33,901 nucleotides of DNA from Candidatus Omnitrophota bacterium (GTDB lineage: Bacteria > Omnitrophota > Gorgyraeia > JAGLLT01): contig JAGLLT010000031.1 in NCBI GenBank assembly GCA_023140385.1, positions 1 to 33,901 of the forward strand, in the 5' to 3' direction. The notes beneath the pieces are model-generated. The model saw only the letters and a program-made list of their open reading frames with translations, was not told the DNA's origin and made no database searches. Of the stretch, positions 9,015 through 16,449 are shown piece after piece. How positions within the stretch are numbered: the first letter of the stretch is position 1; each line of letters starts with the position of its first letter. A program made the position numbers and the translations under genes.

Positions 9015-9647
9015 ATGGGATTGATACAACTTTTATTTACAAATCCAATAGCGTTTTTTATATTGGTGCCAGTGCTTCTTTATTCAGTTATTATTCATGA
9101 GATCGCCCATGGCTGGGTGGCTTCGTTGTTTGGTGATAATACGGCGAAGTACTATGGCAGGCTGTCTTTAAATCCAATGCTTCATATTGATCCAATGGGG
9201 GCGCTGGCTGTTCTTTTAGTAGGGTTTGGATGGGCGAAGCCGGTTCCTGTTGACTATGGAAATCTGAGTAATTCCCGCCGGGCTATCATTGCCGTTTCAT
9301 TGGCGGGGGTTGGCGCGAATATACTTATTGCTACGCTGGCAATATTTTTACTTCAGTTTCAAGCTGTCTACGCGAACCCTTTCTTTTATCCCGTACTTTT
9401 GATTGCGGCGGAAATAAATATTATATTGGGATCATTCAATTTGATACCCATTCCTCCTTTGGATGGCTCACGGGTCCTGATGGAATTTCTGCCTTATGAT
9501 GCCAAACATCAGCTTGCGAGACTTGAACCATACGGTTTTTTTATAATTATTGGTTTGCTTTTTTTGGGAGTTTTAGATCCGGTAATTACATTTATTAGGA
9601 CCATCATTCTTGGGTCAATTGGAGTGCTGTTGGGTTTTATGGGATAA
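9015..9647 (+). CDS. Site-2 protease family (M50) membrane metalloprotease
   Basis: HEIAHG zinc motif, FGWAKPVPV, FNLIPIPPLDGS. Confidence 0.92.
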   Translation: MGLIQLLFTNPIAFFILVPVLLYSVIIHEIAHGWVASLFGDNTAKYYGRLSLNPMLHIDPMGALAVLLVGFGWAKPVPVDYGNLSNSRRAIIAVSLAGVGANILIATLAIFLLQFQAVYANPFFYPVLLIAAEINIILGSFNLIPIPPLDGSRVLMEFLPYDAKHQLARLEPYGFFIIIGLLFLGVLDPVITFIRTIILGSIGVLLGFMG

Positions 9648-9753
9648 TAGCCAATTAGTTGGGCAGGTTGTTGAATCGGCAGGTTCTATTGGGACTAATT
9701 ACAGAGAAGTTAATGATGCTTTGGATAAGAAGGATCTTATTCAAAAATTATGA
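9646..9753 (+). pseudogene. Internal fragment of a four-helix-bundle (23S rRNA IVS protein-like, TIGR02436-type) gene
   Basis: Intergenic DNA translates as NSQLVGQVVESAGSIGTNYREVNDALDKKDLIQKL*, matching the family core Q..RSAGSIGANY.EA..A.SKKDF..K; no start codon and a premature stop. Confidence 0.65.
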
Positions 9754-9777
9754 AGTTAATTCGAGAGTTAATTATTT

Positions 9778-9806
9778 TTGACAAAGCGGGCAGATTGTGG
9801 TATACT
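9778..9806 (+). promoter_or_regulatory. Sigma70 promoter of the pilin gene
   Basis: TTGACA-N17-TATACT with extended -10 TG. Confidence 0.8.
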
Positions 9807-9826
9807 TAATACAGTAGGAGAGGTGT

Positions 9827-10288
9827 ATGGAAAGGGAGGTGAGAAAGATGAGAAAGAGAAGGGGTTTTACGTTGATTGAGATGATGATTGTAGTAGCAAT
9901 CATAGCTTTATTAGCGACAATAGCAATACCTAATTATATTAGTTTTCAGTATCGCGCCAAAACCTCTGAAGCTAAATCAAACCTGGGTGCCATTCGAACC
10001 TGTGAAGAGGCCTATAAGGCTGAGAATGATGTCTACTTAGCCTGTGCCGTGAATCCGGCGGCAATAGCGGCCGGAGTTAAGGGAGATTGGGTTGCTGACC
10101 AGGCGGGATGGATTGATATAGGATTTGAGCCCAAGGGCCAGATCTATTATCAGTACCAGGTTACGGTTGGATCTCCGGCTACGACCTTTCTGGCTTATGC
10201 CAGAGGCGACTTGGACGGTGATAGTACGACTTCAACGTTTACATTAGATCAGGACGGCAGCTTGGGAAGTAGTAATCCGCTTGAGTAA
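9827..10288 (+). CDS. pilA: Type IV major pilin (PilA-like); alternative start at 9848
   Basis: Class III signal KRRG|FTLIEMMIVVAIIALLATIAIP, then KTSEAKSNLGAI; strong promoter and SDs. Confidence 0.88.
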   Translation: MEREVRKMRKRRGFTLIEMMIVVAIIALLATIAIPNYISFQYRAKTSEAKSNLGAIRTCEEAYKAENDVYLACAVNPAAIAAGVKGDWVADQAGWIDIGFEPKGQIYYQYQVTVGSPATTFLAYARGDLDGDSTTSTFTLDQDGSLGSSNPLE

Positions 10289-10339
10289 CAAAGAGTTAAA
10301 AGTTTTGTACATTAAATACCCGGATTGGAGGGTGAAAAT

Positions 10340-10813
10340 TTGAAAGTTAATGACTATATGACCAAAGAGGTGGTAACTGTCAGACGGGGTACGCCTTTAA
10401 GGGAAATCATCAGAACCTTCAAAGAGAAAAATTTTCACACACTGCCCGTAATCGAGAGCGACAACCGGCTGGTAGGTTTGATTGATTTCTCGGATATCCT
10501 TAAAGTTTTTGAGCCTTATGGTTCTGAGGTACACCAGATATTAAAAACAATCCCGTTTATTGACGCGCCTCAGGAGCAAAATCTTCTTGAAACCGATATT
10601 TCGGCCGAGATGGGCATACTGGTGGTGGCTGATGACATAATGTCATCAAAACTGGTGACCATTAGTCCTGATGAAGAAATAAACCGAGCCTATTCCGAGA
10701 TGAAGGTACACGATACGGAAAGGCTCTTCGTAACCGAGGACGGCAAGCTAATAGGGATCATCTGCCTGTTTGACATAATTTTGTCCTTATTTAAAGAGAG
10801 CGGGGTAATTTAG
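10340..10813 (+). CDS. CBS domain pair protein
   Basis: TTG start with SD GGAGGG gives MKVNDYMTKEVVTV; LPVIESDNRLVGLI and VTEDGKLIGII CBS repeats. Confidence 0.88.
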   Translation: MKVNDYMTKEVVTVRRGTPLREIIRTFKEKNFHTLPVIESDNRLVGLIDFSDILKVFEPYGSEVHQILKTIPFIDAPQEQNLLETDISAEMGILVVADDIMSSKLVTISPDEEINRAYSEMKVHDTERLFVTEDGKLIGIICLFDIILSLFKESGVI

Positions 10814-12012
10814 TGCAAATCAACACCGCCTTTAGCTTAGGGATTATTCTTTTAGCCGGCCTGCTTTCGGCAAACTTAATCAGAAGAATAAAGATACCCG
10901 CCATAACCGCTTATTTATTGCTGGGTATTATCATCGGCCCCGCCTGTTTCAATTTAGTTTCAGAAGGCATCTTAACCTCATCCGGCTTAATCTCCAATGT
11001 AGTATTGAGCTTCATCGCCTTTAGCATAGGACAGAATTTTTCCTTTGAACGCTTCAGAAAAATAGGCAGGACGGTTCTTTCTATCTCTATTGGAGAGGTG
11101 CTGCTCGCCTGGATAGTCGTTACTTTTAGTATCTGGTTTTTTTTAAAACAACCTTTTTATATCGCCCTTATATTTGGCGCTATTGCTCCGGCGACCGCTC
11201 CGGCCGCCATAGTTATGGTAACCAGAGAGTACAAGGCCAGAGGTACCTTTACCGAAACGCTTTTGGGCGTGGTAGCCATTGATGATGCCTGGGGCATTAT
11301 CCTGTTCGCCTTTTGCCTCGCTATTGCTAAAAGCCTTGCCGGGGCGCAGGAGTTTGTAGTAACCTCGGCCCTTTCAGGGGCGCTTCACGCGGGTATTGAA
11401 ATTGGCGGAGCTTTGGTCTTGGGCGGCATCCTGGGCTGGGTTCTATCAAAGCTGTCCCGCTTTATCACTAACCCCGCGGACCTTTTAATCTACACTCTGG
11501 GTTTTATTCTCTTTAACTGCGGCATAGCTATATGGTTGGGCTTATCCGTTCTTTTGGCGAATATGGTTTTAGGGGCGGTTTTGGTTAACATTAATAAAAC
11601 CAGTTTTAAGTTTTTTGATATAGTAAGAACCGTTGATTCACCTTTTTATTTGTTGTTTTTTGTTCTGGCCGGTGTCAGCTTAGATGTCCTTTTATTAAAA
11701 TCATTAAGCGCCCTTGGCTTGGTTTATATATTTATGCGCCTTGTAGGTAAAATAAGCGGAGCTACAATTGCCGCCTATCTCTCAAAAGCCGGCTCTAATG
11801 TGAAAAAAAATATCGGACTGGGGCTTGTTCCGCAGGCCGGTGTAGCCCTGGGCCTGGCGTTAATAGCCAAGTCAACCTTCACCGAAGAGATTGCCGGTGT
11901 CAACGTCGGCAACATCATCTTTTCAACTATCGTAGCCACCACGGTTTTCTATGAACTCATAGGCCCTCTATGCACAAAGTTTGCCCTTAAAAGGGCCGGG
12001 GATATAGAGTAA
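10813..12012 (+). CDS. Cation:proton antiporter (Na+/H+ exchanger family)
   Basis: Many TM segments; ATAPAA, GVVAIDD, LFFVLAG, GLVPQAGVALG motifs. Confidence 0.88.
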   Translation: MQINTAFSLGIILLAGLLSANLIRRIKIPAITAYLLLGIIIGPACFNLVSEGILTSSGLISNVVLSFIAFSIGQNFSFERFRKIGRTVLSISIGEVLLAWIVVTFSIWFFLKQPFYIALIFGAIAPATAPAAIVMVTREYKARGTFTETLLGVVAIDDAWGIILFAFCLAIAKSLAGAQEFVVTSALSGALHAGIEIGGALVLGGILGWVLSKLSRFITNPADLLIYTLGFILFNCGIAIWLGLSVLLANMVLGAVLVNINKTSFKFFDIVRTVDSPFYLLFFVLAGVSLDVLLLKSLSALGLVYIFMRLVGKISGATIAAYLSKAGSNVKKNIGLGLVPQAGVALGLALIAKSTFTEEIAGVNVGNIIFSTIVATTVFYELIGPLCTKFALKRAGDIE

Positions 12013-12321
12013 ATGATTTGTCATAAATGCCAAAAAGAAGCCGGCCCGCGGGATAACTACTGCAGGTTTTGCGGAGCCGGATTAGGGAACAATAAAGTCG
12101 CTCCATGGTACAACAATATATTGCTAATCATTTTATTAAGTGTATTTTTTCCCGTAACGGCCATACCCCTCATATGGAGAAATACTGAATTTAGCCCTAA
12201 GACAAAAAAGATTTCCATCGCCGCCTGTATCATCTATATGATACTTTTAATCAGCATAATAGCATACATTTTCTTTTTTCACATAGGCAAACACTATTTG
12301 CGGATTTACGGGGAGTTATAG
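12013..12321 (+). CDS. Zinc-ribbon membrane protein
   Basis: CHKC...YCRFCG zinc ribbon followed by hydrophobic TM segments. Confidence 0.75.
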   Translation: MICHKCQKEAGPRDNYCRFCGAGLGNNKVAPWYNNILLIILLSVFFPVTAIPLIWRNTEFSPKTKKISIAACIIYMILLISIIAYIFFFHIGKHYLRIYGEL

Positions 12322-12344
12322 TCAGTAACTAAAGGAGTAAGCTT

Positions 12345-12917
12345 ATGTCCGCGTTGAACAAGGTATTAGCGCTTTTACTTATAAGTTTAGCCATTATTAA
12401 TCTTAATTGCGGCGTCAAAGAAGAGCCGCCCATAATTGAGGACGACAACAGATTTTATTATAATGAAAAGTGCGGCTGTTCTGTAACTTTGCCTGAGGGC
12501 TGGGTGTTGAATAAGAAGCGGGAGTTTACGGGCCGGCTCAAGATTTTTTTAATTCAGGCATTCAAGCCCGGCTTAATAAGTAATGTAGTCTTTACCGCGC
12601 AAAGAAACTTTGATGATGAAGTAACGGCTGAGAAAGCGATTAAGGTTGAAATTGCCCACTTGAAGACTTCAGCGGATAAAAATTTTGAAGTTATAAGCGA
12701 AGAACCGGTATGTATATCAGGTTATGTGGGACATCAGATGGTTGACGAGTTTGATTGGAGGGGAGTAAGGGTATATCAGAAAAGGATATACTTTGTCCGC
12801 TCCAAGTACATATTTGCTCTTGTTCTCAATTCTACTACGCGGGAAGCGTATAAAGAGTGCGAACCTACCTTTGATAAAATGGTCAAATCTCTAAAATTGC
12901 CGGATTTAATCCCGTAG
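12345..12917 (+). CDS. Putative lipoprotein, PsbP/DcrB-like fold
   Basis: Signal peptide ending NLNC; SVTLPEGW near the N-terminus and FDKMVKSLKL at the C-terminus, typical of PsbP-like proteins; SD AAGGAG. Confidence 0.6.
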   Translation: MSALNKVLALLLISLAIINLNCGVKEEPPIIEDDNRFYYNEKCGCSVTLPEGWVLNKKREFTGRLKIFLIQAFKPGLISNVVFTAQRNFDDEVTAEKAIKVEIAHLKTSADKNFEVISEEPVCISGYVGHQMVDEFDWRGVRVYQKRIYFVRSKYIFALVLNSTTREAYKECEPTFDKMVKSLKLPDLIP

Positions 12918-12952
12918 CTAATCCTCTTTAAAGCTAAATACCTCATTTGGGC

Positions 12953-13047
12953 ATAAAAGTAGCCCTAGTCTTTTAGGGGGAGGGCAGGACCTCAACCAGG
13001 GCTAACTCTTATTATGAGTTCTTCAACTCACACCTCTTTTTTCACCA
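12953..13047 (-). ncRNA. Candidate small RNA (~95 nt), unknown family
   Basis: Minus-strand promoter (13082-13054), no ORF longer than 4 codons after the SD-like motif, and an 11-bp terminal stem UAGCCCUGGUU/GACUAGGGCUA + CUUUUAU that pairs better on the minus strand (G-U there, A-C on plus). Confidence 0.5.
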
Positions 13048-13053
13048 ATACAT

Positions 13054-13082
13054 AGCATACAATAAATAAATCCATTTGTCAA
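13054..13082 (-). promoter_or_regulatory. Sigma70 promoter driving the candidate sRNA
   Basis: Minus strand reads TTGACA-N17-TATGCT. Confidence 0.65.
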
Positions 13083-13126
13083 GAGATTTATTTGTCTTTA
13101 AGTGGTAATTTGTTGCGTATATAGCC

Positions 13127-13171
13127 AAAAAAAAGATTCTTCCCCTAAATTTGATGCAAAAAAGGGAAGAA
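13127..13171 (-). terminator. Rho-independent terminator downstream of rpmB
   Basis: Minus strand: TTCTTCCC...GGGAAGAA 8-bp stem followed by TC and a T8 run. Confidence 0.65.
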
Positions 13172-13251
13172 CTGGATTTGTTTTTTTGCTTGTGCCCTAA
13201 TCTTTCTGTCTTTTTTTGCCCTGTATTTTCTTACTTTTTAACCCTTGTGAC

Positions 13252-13336
13252 TTATACCTTGCGCCTTTTTTGTATATCTTGCTTTTTACTATGAGCCATG
13301 AGCTATGAGCTATGAGCTGCTTTGTACCATGAGCTA
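13252..13336. repeat. 85-bp direct repeat, copy A, containing ATGAGC(T/C) heptamers
   Basis: 81/85 identical to 13686-13770 by manual alignment. Confidence 0.92.
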
Positions 13337-13606
13337 AGAGCTATGAGCTGTATCTTGCGTTTTACGCTCTTGCTGCTTTGTGCCTTTCAACACCTTGCCC
13401 GCCTTGATACATTTAACGCAGACGTTCATCCTTTTGATTTGCCCATTAATACTGGCCCTCACCATTTGCAAATTAGGCTTAAATGTTCTTCTGGAGATAC
13501 CGGTTATGTTTTTTCCGACACCGCCGTCTTTCTTTGCCTTACCGCGCCTTTTAATGCTTCTACCGGCCGTAGTTCCTTTTCCGCATACAGCACAAACGTT
13601 CGCCAT
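13334..13606 (-). CDS. rpmB: 50S ribosomal protein L28 (zinc-binding CxxC form) with C-terminal extension
   Basis: MANVCAVCGKG...RRGKAKKDGGVGKNITGISRRTFKPNLQ...VCVKCIKAGKV; SD GGAGG 7 nt upstream. Confidence 0.95.
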   Translation of the reverse strand: MANVCAVCGKGTTAGRSIKRRGKAKKDGGVGKNITGISRRTFKPNLQMVRASINGQIKRMNVCVKCIKAGKVLKGTKQQERKTQDTAHSS

Positions 13607-13649
13607 GGTATAACCTCCAACTATTATTTTTTATCAATGCTTGACGCCT

Positions 13650-13678
13650 AACTTAACATAAATAAACGCATATGTCAA
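13650..13678 (-). promoter_or_regulatory. Sigma70 promoter of rpmB
   Basis: Minus strand reads TTGACA-N17-TAAGTT with extended TG. Confidence 0.65.
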
Positions 13679-13685
13679 ATTTTTT

Positions 13686-13770
13686 TTATACCTTGCGCCT
13701 TTTTTGCATATCTTGCTTTTTACTATGACCCATGAGCTATGAGCCATGAGCTGCTTTATACCATGAGCTA
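13686..13770. repeat. 85-bp direct repeat, copy B
   Basis: 81/85 identical to 13252-13336. Confidence 0.92.
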
Positions 13771-13893
13771 TATCTATAATCTGGAAAGCTTCATTTTTAG
13801 CTGGACTTTCCCCAATCGTATAGTAAAATATGCTATATTGTTTAAAAGCCCGCTTATACAGGGGTTATTCCAGAAGAAAAGCAAAATATTCCA

Positions 13894-13922
13894 TTGACAA
13901 GCTTACAAGTTTTTGATATAAT
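13894..13922 (+). promoter_or_regulatory. Consensus sigma70 promoter of the polysaccharide operon
   Basis: Perfect TTGACA-N17-TATAAT plus extended TG. Confidence 0.9.
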
Positions 13923-13976
13923 TTTACACGATATTGTACGATTTTAACTACTAGTAATAATTAAACTTATACTATT

Positions 13977-14159
13977 ATGTCAAAAACACACATAAGTATA
14001 CAATTAAATTATATGACCCCAAAACAGGCGGCTGAATTTCTTAACCTAAGCCTGTCCACTATAAAAAATTATATCTATTCCGGTGTTCTGAAATCGTACA
14101 AAACGCCGGGCGGGCATCACCGTATAAAAAAAGAGGATTTAGTCAAAGTTCTACATTAA
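13977..14159 (+). CDS. Excisionase/BldC-like small HTH DNA-binding protein (HTH_17)
   Basis: MTPKQAAEFLNLSLSTIKNYIYSGVLKSYKTPGGHHRI: MerR-type winged helix with T.GGH.R wing. Confidence 0.88.
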   Translation: MSKTHISIQLNYMTPKQAAEFLNLSLSTIKNYIYSGVLKSYKTPGGHHRIKKEDLVKVLH

Positions 14160-14176
14160 CACAGGAGAGTAGCGTA

Positions 14177-14911
14177 ATGAAAAAGTCTTTAGTATTTATA
14201 GTCTTTATAATCTTTTGTACCGCACTTGCGGGCTGCGCTATGCCCGGCATAAAGTCCGTCAAAAATCCCAAGCCCGGCACTATCTTTAGAGAAGCCGGAT
14301 TTGAACCGGCGGGTGATATTACGGAAGAGTATAAACTAGGCCCTGCGGATGTTGTCGAGGTACGTGTCTGGGGTTATGAGGACCTAAAGCAGGTTATCGC
14401 CGTTCCCCCCAACGGTGTACCTACGGTTTATCCTATAGGCAAAGTTAAGGCATCCGATCTTACACCCACGGAACTGCAGGAAAAGATTGCCGAGCGTCTC
14501 TCCAAGTTTGTCAAAGAGATTCCCTCTGTCACAGTAACCGTGCTGGAGTACAACTATTACCGTATTTACGTGCTGGGCGCGGTAAACAAGCCAGGGCTTT
14601 ATCAATTTAAAGGCAGGATGACGGCGCTTGAAGCCATTGCCTTAGCCGGCAACTATGATGACAGCCGCGCCGCTTTAAAGAGAGTGCAGGTGGTCAGAGT
14701 TGACAAAGATGACCCGACGACAGCCCAGGTAATTACCCTGGATATAAAACGTCTTATCCATAGCGGAGATGTTTCTCAGGATATAAAATTATATCCCAAC
14801 GACATTGTCTTTGTGCCTTCGTCCTTTGTGGCCAGTGTTAATAAAATTATTTCTGAAATTATGCCTTCAATTCAGACTATCTTCTATGTGGATAGACTGG
14901 TAAACGATTAA
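14177..14911 (+). CDS. wza: Outer-membrane polysaccharide export lipoprotein (Wza/OPX)
   Basis: Lipobox LAGC; Poly_export motif YKLGPADVVEVRVW...PIGKVKASDLTPTELQEKI; SLBB domain VLGAVNKPG; C-terminal amphipathic helix. Confidence 0.9.
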   Translation: MKKSLVFIVFIIFCTALAGCAMPGIKSVKNPKPGTIFREAGFEPAGDITEEYKLGPADVVEVRVWGYEDLKQVIAVPPNGVPTVYPIGKVKASDLTPTELQEKIAERLSKFVKEIPSVTVTVLEYNYYRIYVLGAVNKPGLYQFKGRMTALEAIALAGNYDDSRAALKRVQVVRVDKDDPTTAQVITLDIKRLIHSGDVSQDIKLYPNDIVFVPSSFVASVNKIISEIMPSIQTIFYVDRLVND

Positions 14912-14931
14912 AAATTAAGGAACCACGCATT

Positions 14932-16437
14932 ATGAACCAAAGGCTATTGGGCCCGGAAAAAGGGCGGGAGCAAGTCTCGACCTCTGATTACCTAAAGACC
15001 ATCCACAGGATAATTGTCAGGCGCCTGCCGCTTATCCTCATCCTGATTGTTGGCTGTGCTTTAGCGGCATTTGTTACCTCAAAGATAATGAAGCCCGTTT
15101 ACGAGGCATCTACCTCTCTCAGGATTCAAAAGCAGGCGGCTTTTCTGCAAGGAGCCGGCCAGCCGGTGGTACTGAGCAAAGAGTCCCTTGAAGCGGAAGC
15201 GATGTGGATTAGGTCGCGGGTCATTTTACAGACGGTGATGAATGAACTGGGTATTGGCGCTGAAGCTAAATCCAAAAAAGAGGCCTTAAAAGTTTTAGAG
15301 AAACTAAGAAGCAAGATTAAAGTAGAGGTAATAGAAGGTTCTGATGTTCTGAGAATAAGCGCCGCCTGGAATGATCCGGTATTAGTTAAAGAAATAGTAA
15401 ACACTTTATCCGATGTTTTTATAGAAAAGTACACGCTTTTTACCCGCGGCAAGGCAAAAGAGACAACCGGTTTTATCGAAGAGCAACTCGAGGTAGTAAA
15501 ATACAATCTCAAGCGCGCCCAGAACAAAGTAGCCCGCTTTCAGAAAGAAGAAAGTATTCTTTCTATCGATCAAAAAATTGCCAGCGTGAACTCTCAACTT
15601 ACCCAGCTTGAAACAAAACAAGCGGATATTAAGATGGAGCTGGAGTTAGCCAGGATGAAGAGCCGGAATCTGGGAAATAAACTTGATCTATCCGAGGATG
15701 ACCTTGAAACCTTTAAGTCCAACTACTCAGCTATCTCGGCCAACAGCATTTTATCCAATGATCTCGTCCGCAGTTTCAGAATACGTATAGCTGAAATCGA
15801 GTCAGATATAGTCTCGCTCTCCACTCTATACACCGATGAATACCCTCTGCTCATCCAAAAGAGGGAGGAGCTGAGAACATCCAAAGAAAAACTCAACAAG
15901 ACACTTTGCGATTTAGTTGGAGGCCTCGATATAGCCGACAAAGACCCGCTCTATCAGGATCAGCTGATTGAATTGGTCATCAGCCAGATACAAGTTGATG
16001 ATTTAGAGAACCAGGGCGACTCTTTAGAGCTTCTGATTACCGATATGAATAAAAAAATTGAGGTTCTACCCGATAAGCAGATAGAGTACATCAATATGGT
16101 CAGGGACGCCAGCGTCAACGAACAACTTTACAATCTCCTCCTGGCCAGATTGCAGGAGGCGCGCATCAGAGAAAGGTCAAATGAGTGGGATATCAGAGTC
16201 TTTGACCGTGCTCATCAGCCGCTGGAGCCCATTAAGCCCAGGCCCATTGCTAATACCGTTTTCGGAGCTATCCTCGGCCTGCTTTTGGGGGTAGGAGTAT
16301 CAATGATGATAGAGTACTTCGATGACTCCTTCAGAACCATAAGCGACGTCGAAGAATACCTACAGCTCCCGGTTTTAGCCGCCATCCCAAAAATCAAACA
16401 CCGGATTAAAGGGGTGGATAGGAAGAAAAAAAATTAA
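14932..16437 (+). CDS. wzc: Polysaccharide co-polymerase (Wzc/GumC membrane-periplasmic module, kinase split off)
   Basis: TM1 + PVYEAS, long coiled coil, P.EPIKP + TM2, DDSFRTISDVEEYLQLPVLAAIP tail. Confidence 0.88.
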   Translation: MNQRLLGPEKGREQVSTSDYLKTIHRIIVRRLPLILILIVGCALAAFVTSKIMKPVYEASTSLRIQKQAAFLQGAGQPVVLSKESLEAEAMWIRSRVILQTVMNELGIGAEAKSKKEALKVLEKLRSKIKVEVIEGSDVLRISAAWNDPVLVKEIVNTLSDVFIEKYTLFTRGKAKETTGFIEEQLEVVKYNLKRAQNKVARFQKEESILSIDQKIASVNSQLTQLETKQADIKMELELARMKSRNLGNKLDLSEDDLETFKSNYSAISANSILSNDLVRSFRIRIAEIESDIVSLSTLYTDEYPLLIQKREELRTSKEKLNKTLCDLVGGLDIADKDPLYQDQLIELVISQIQVDDLENQGDSLELLITDMNKKIEVLPDKQIEYINMVRDASVNEQLYNLLLARLQEARIRERSNEWDIRVFDRAHQPLEPIKPRPIANTVFGAILGLLLGVGVSMMIEYFDDSFRTISDVEEYLQLPVLAAIPKIKHRIKGVDRKKKN

Positions 16438-16449
16438 AGGGGGAAAAAC

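Noticed and set aside
13322..13651. + strand ORFs of 109 aa and 77 aa
   Set aside because: Antisense shadows of rpmB, which has clear homology, an SD and a promoter.
13977..14159. Prophage or ICE excisionase marking a mobile element
   Set aside because: No integrase, att-associated tRNA or phage genes; its position as first gene of the EPS operon fits a regulator.
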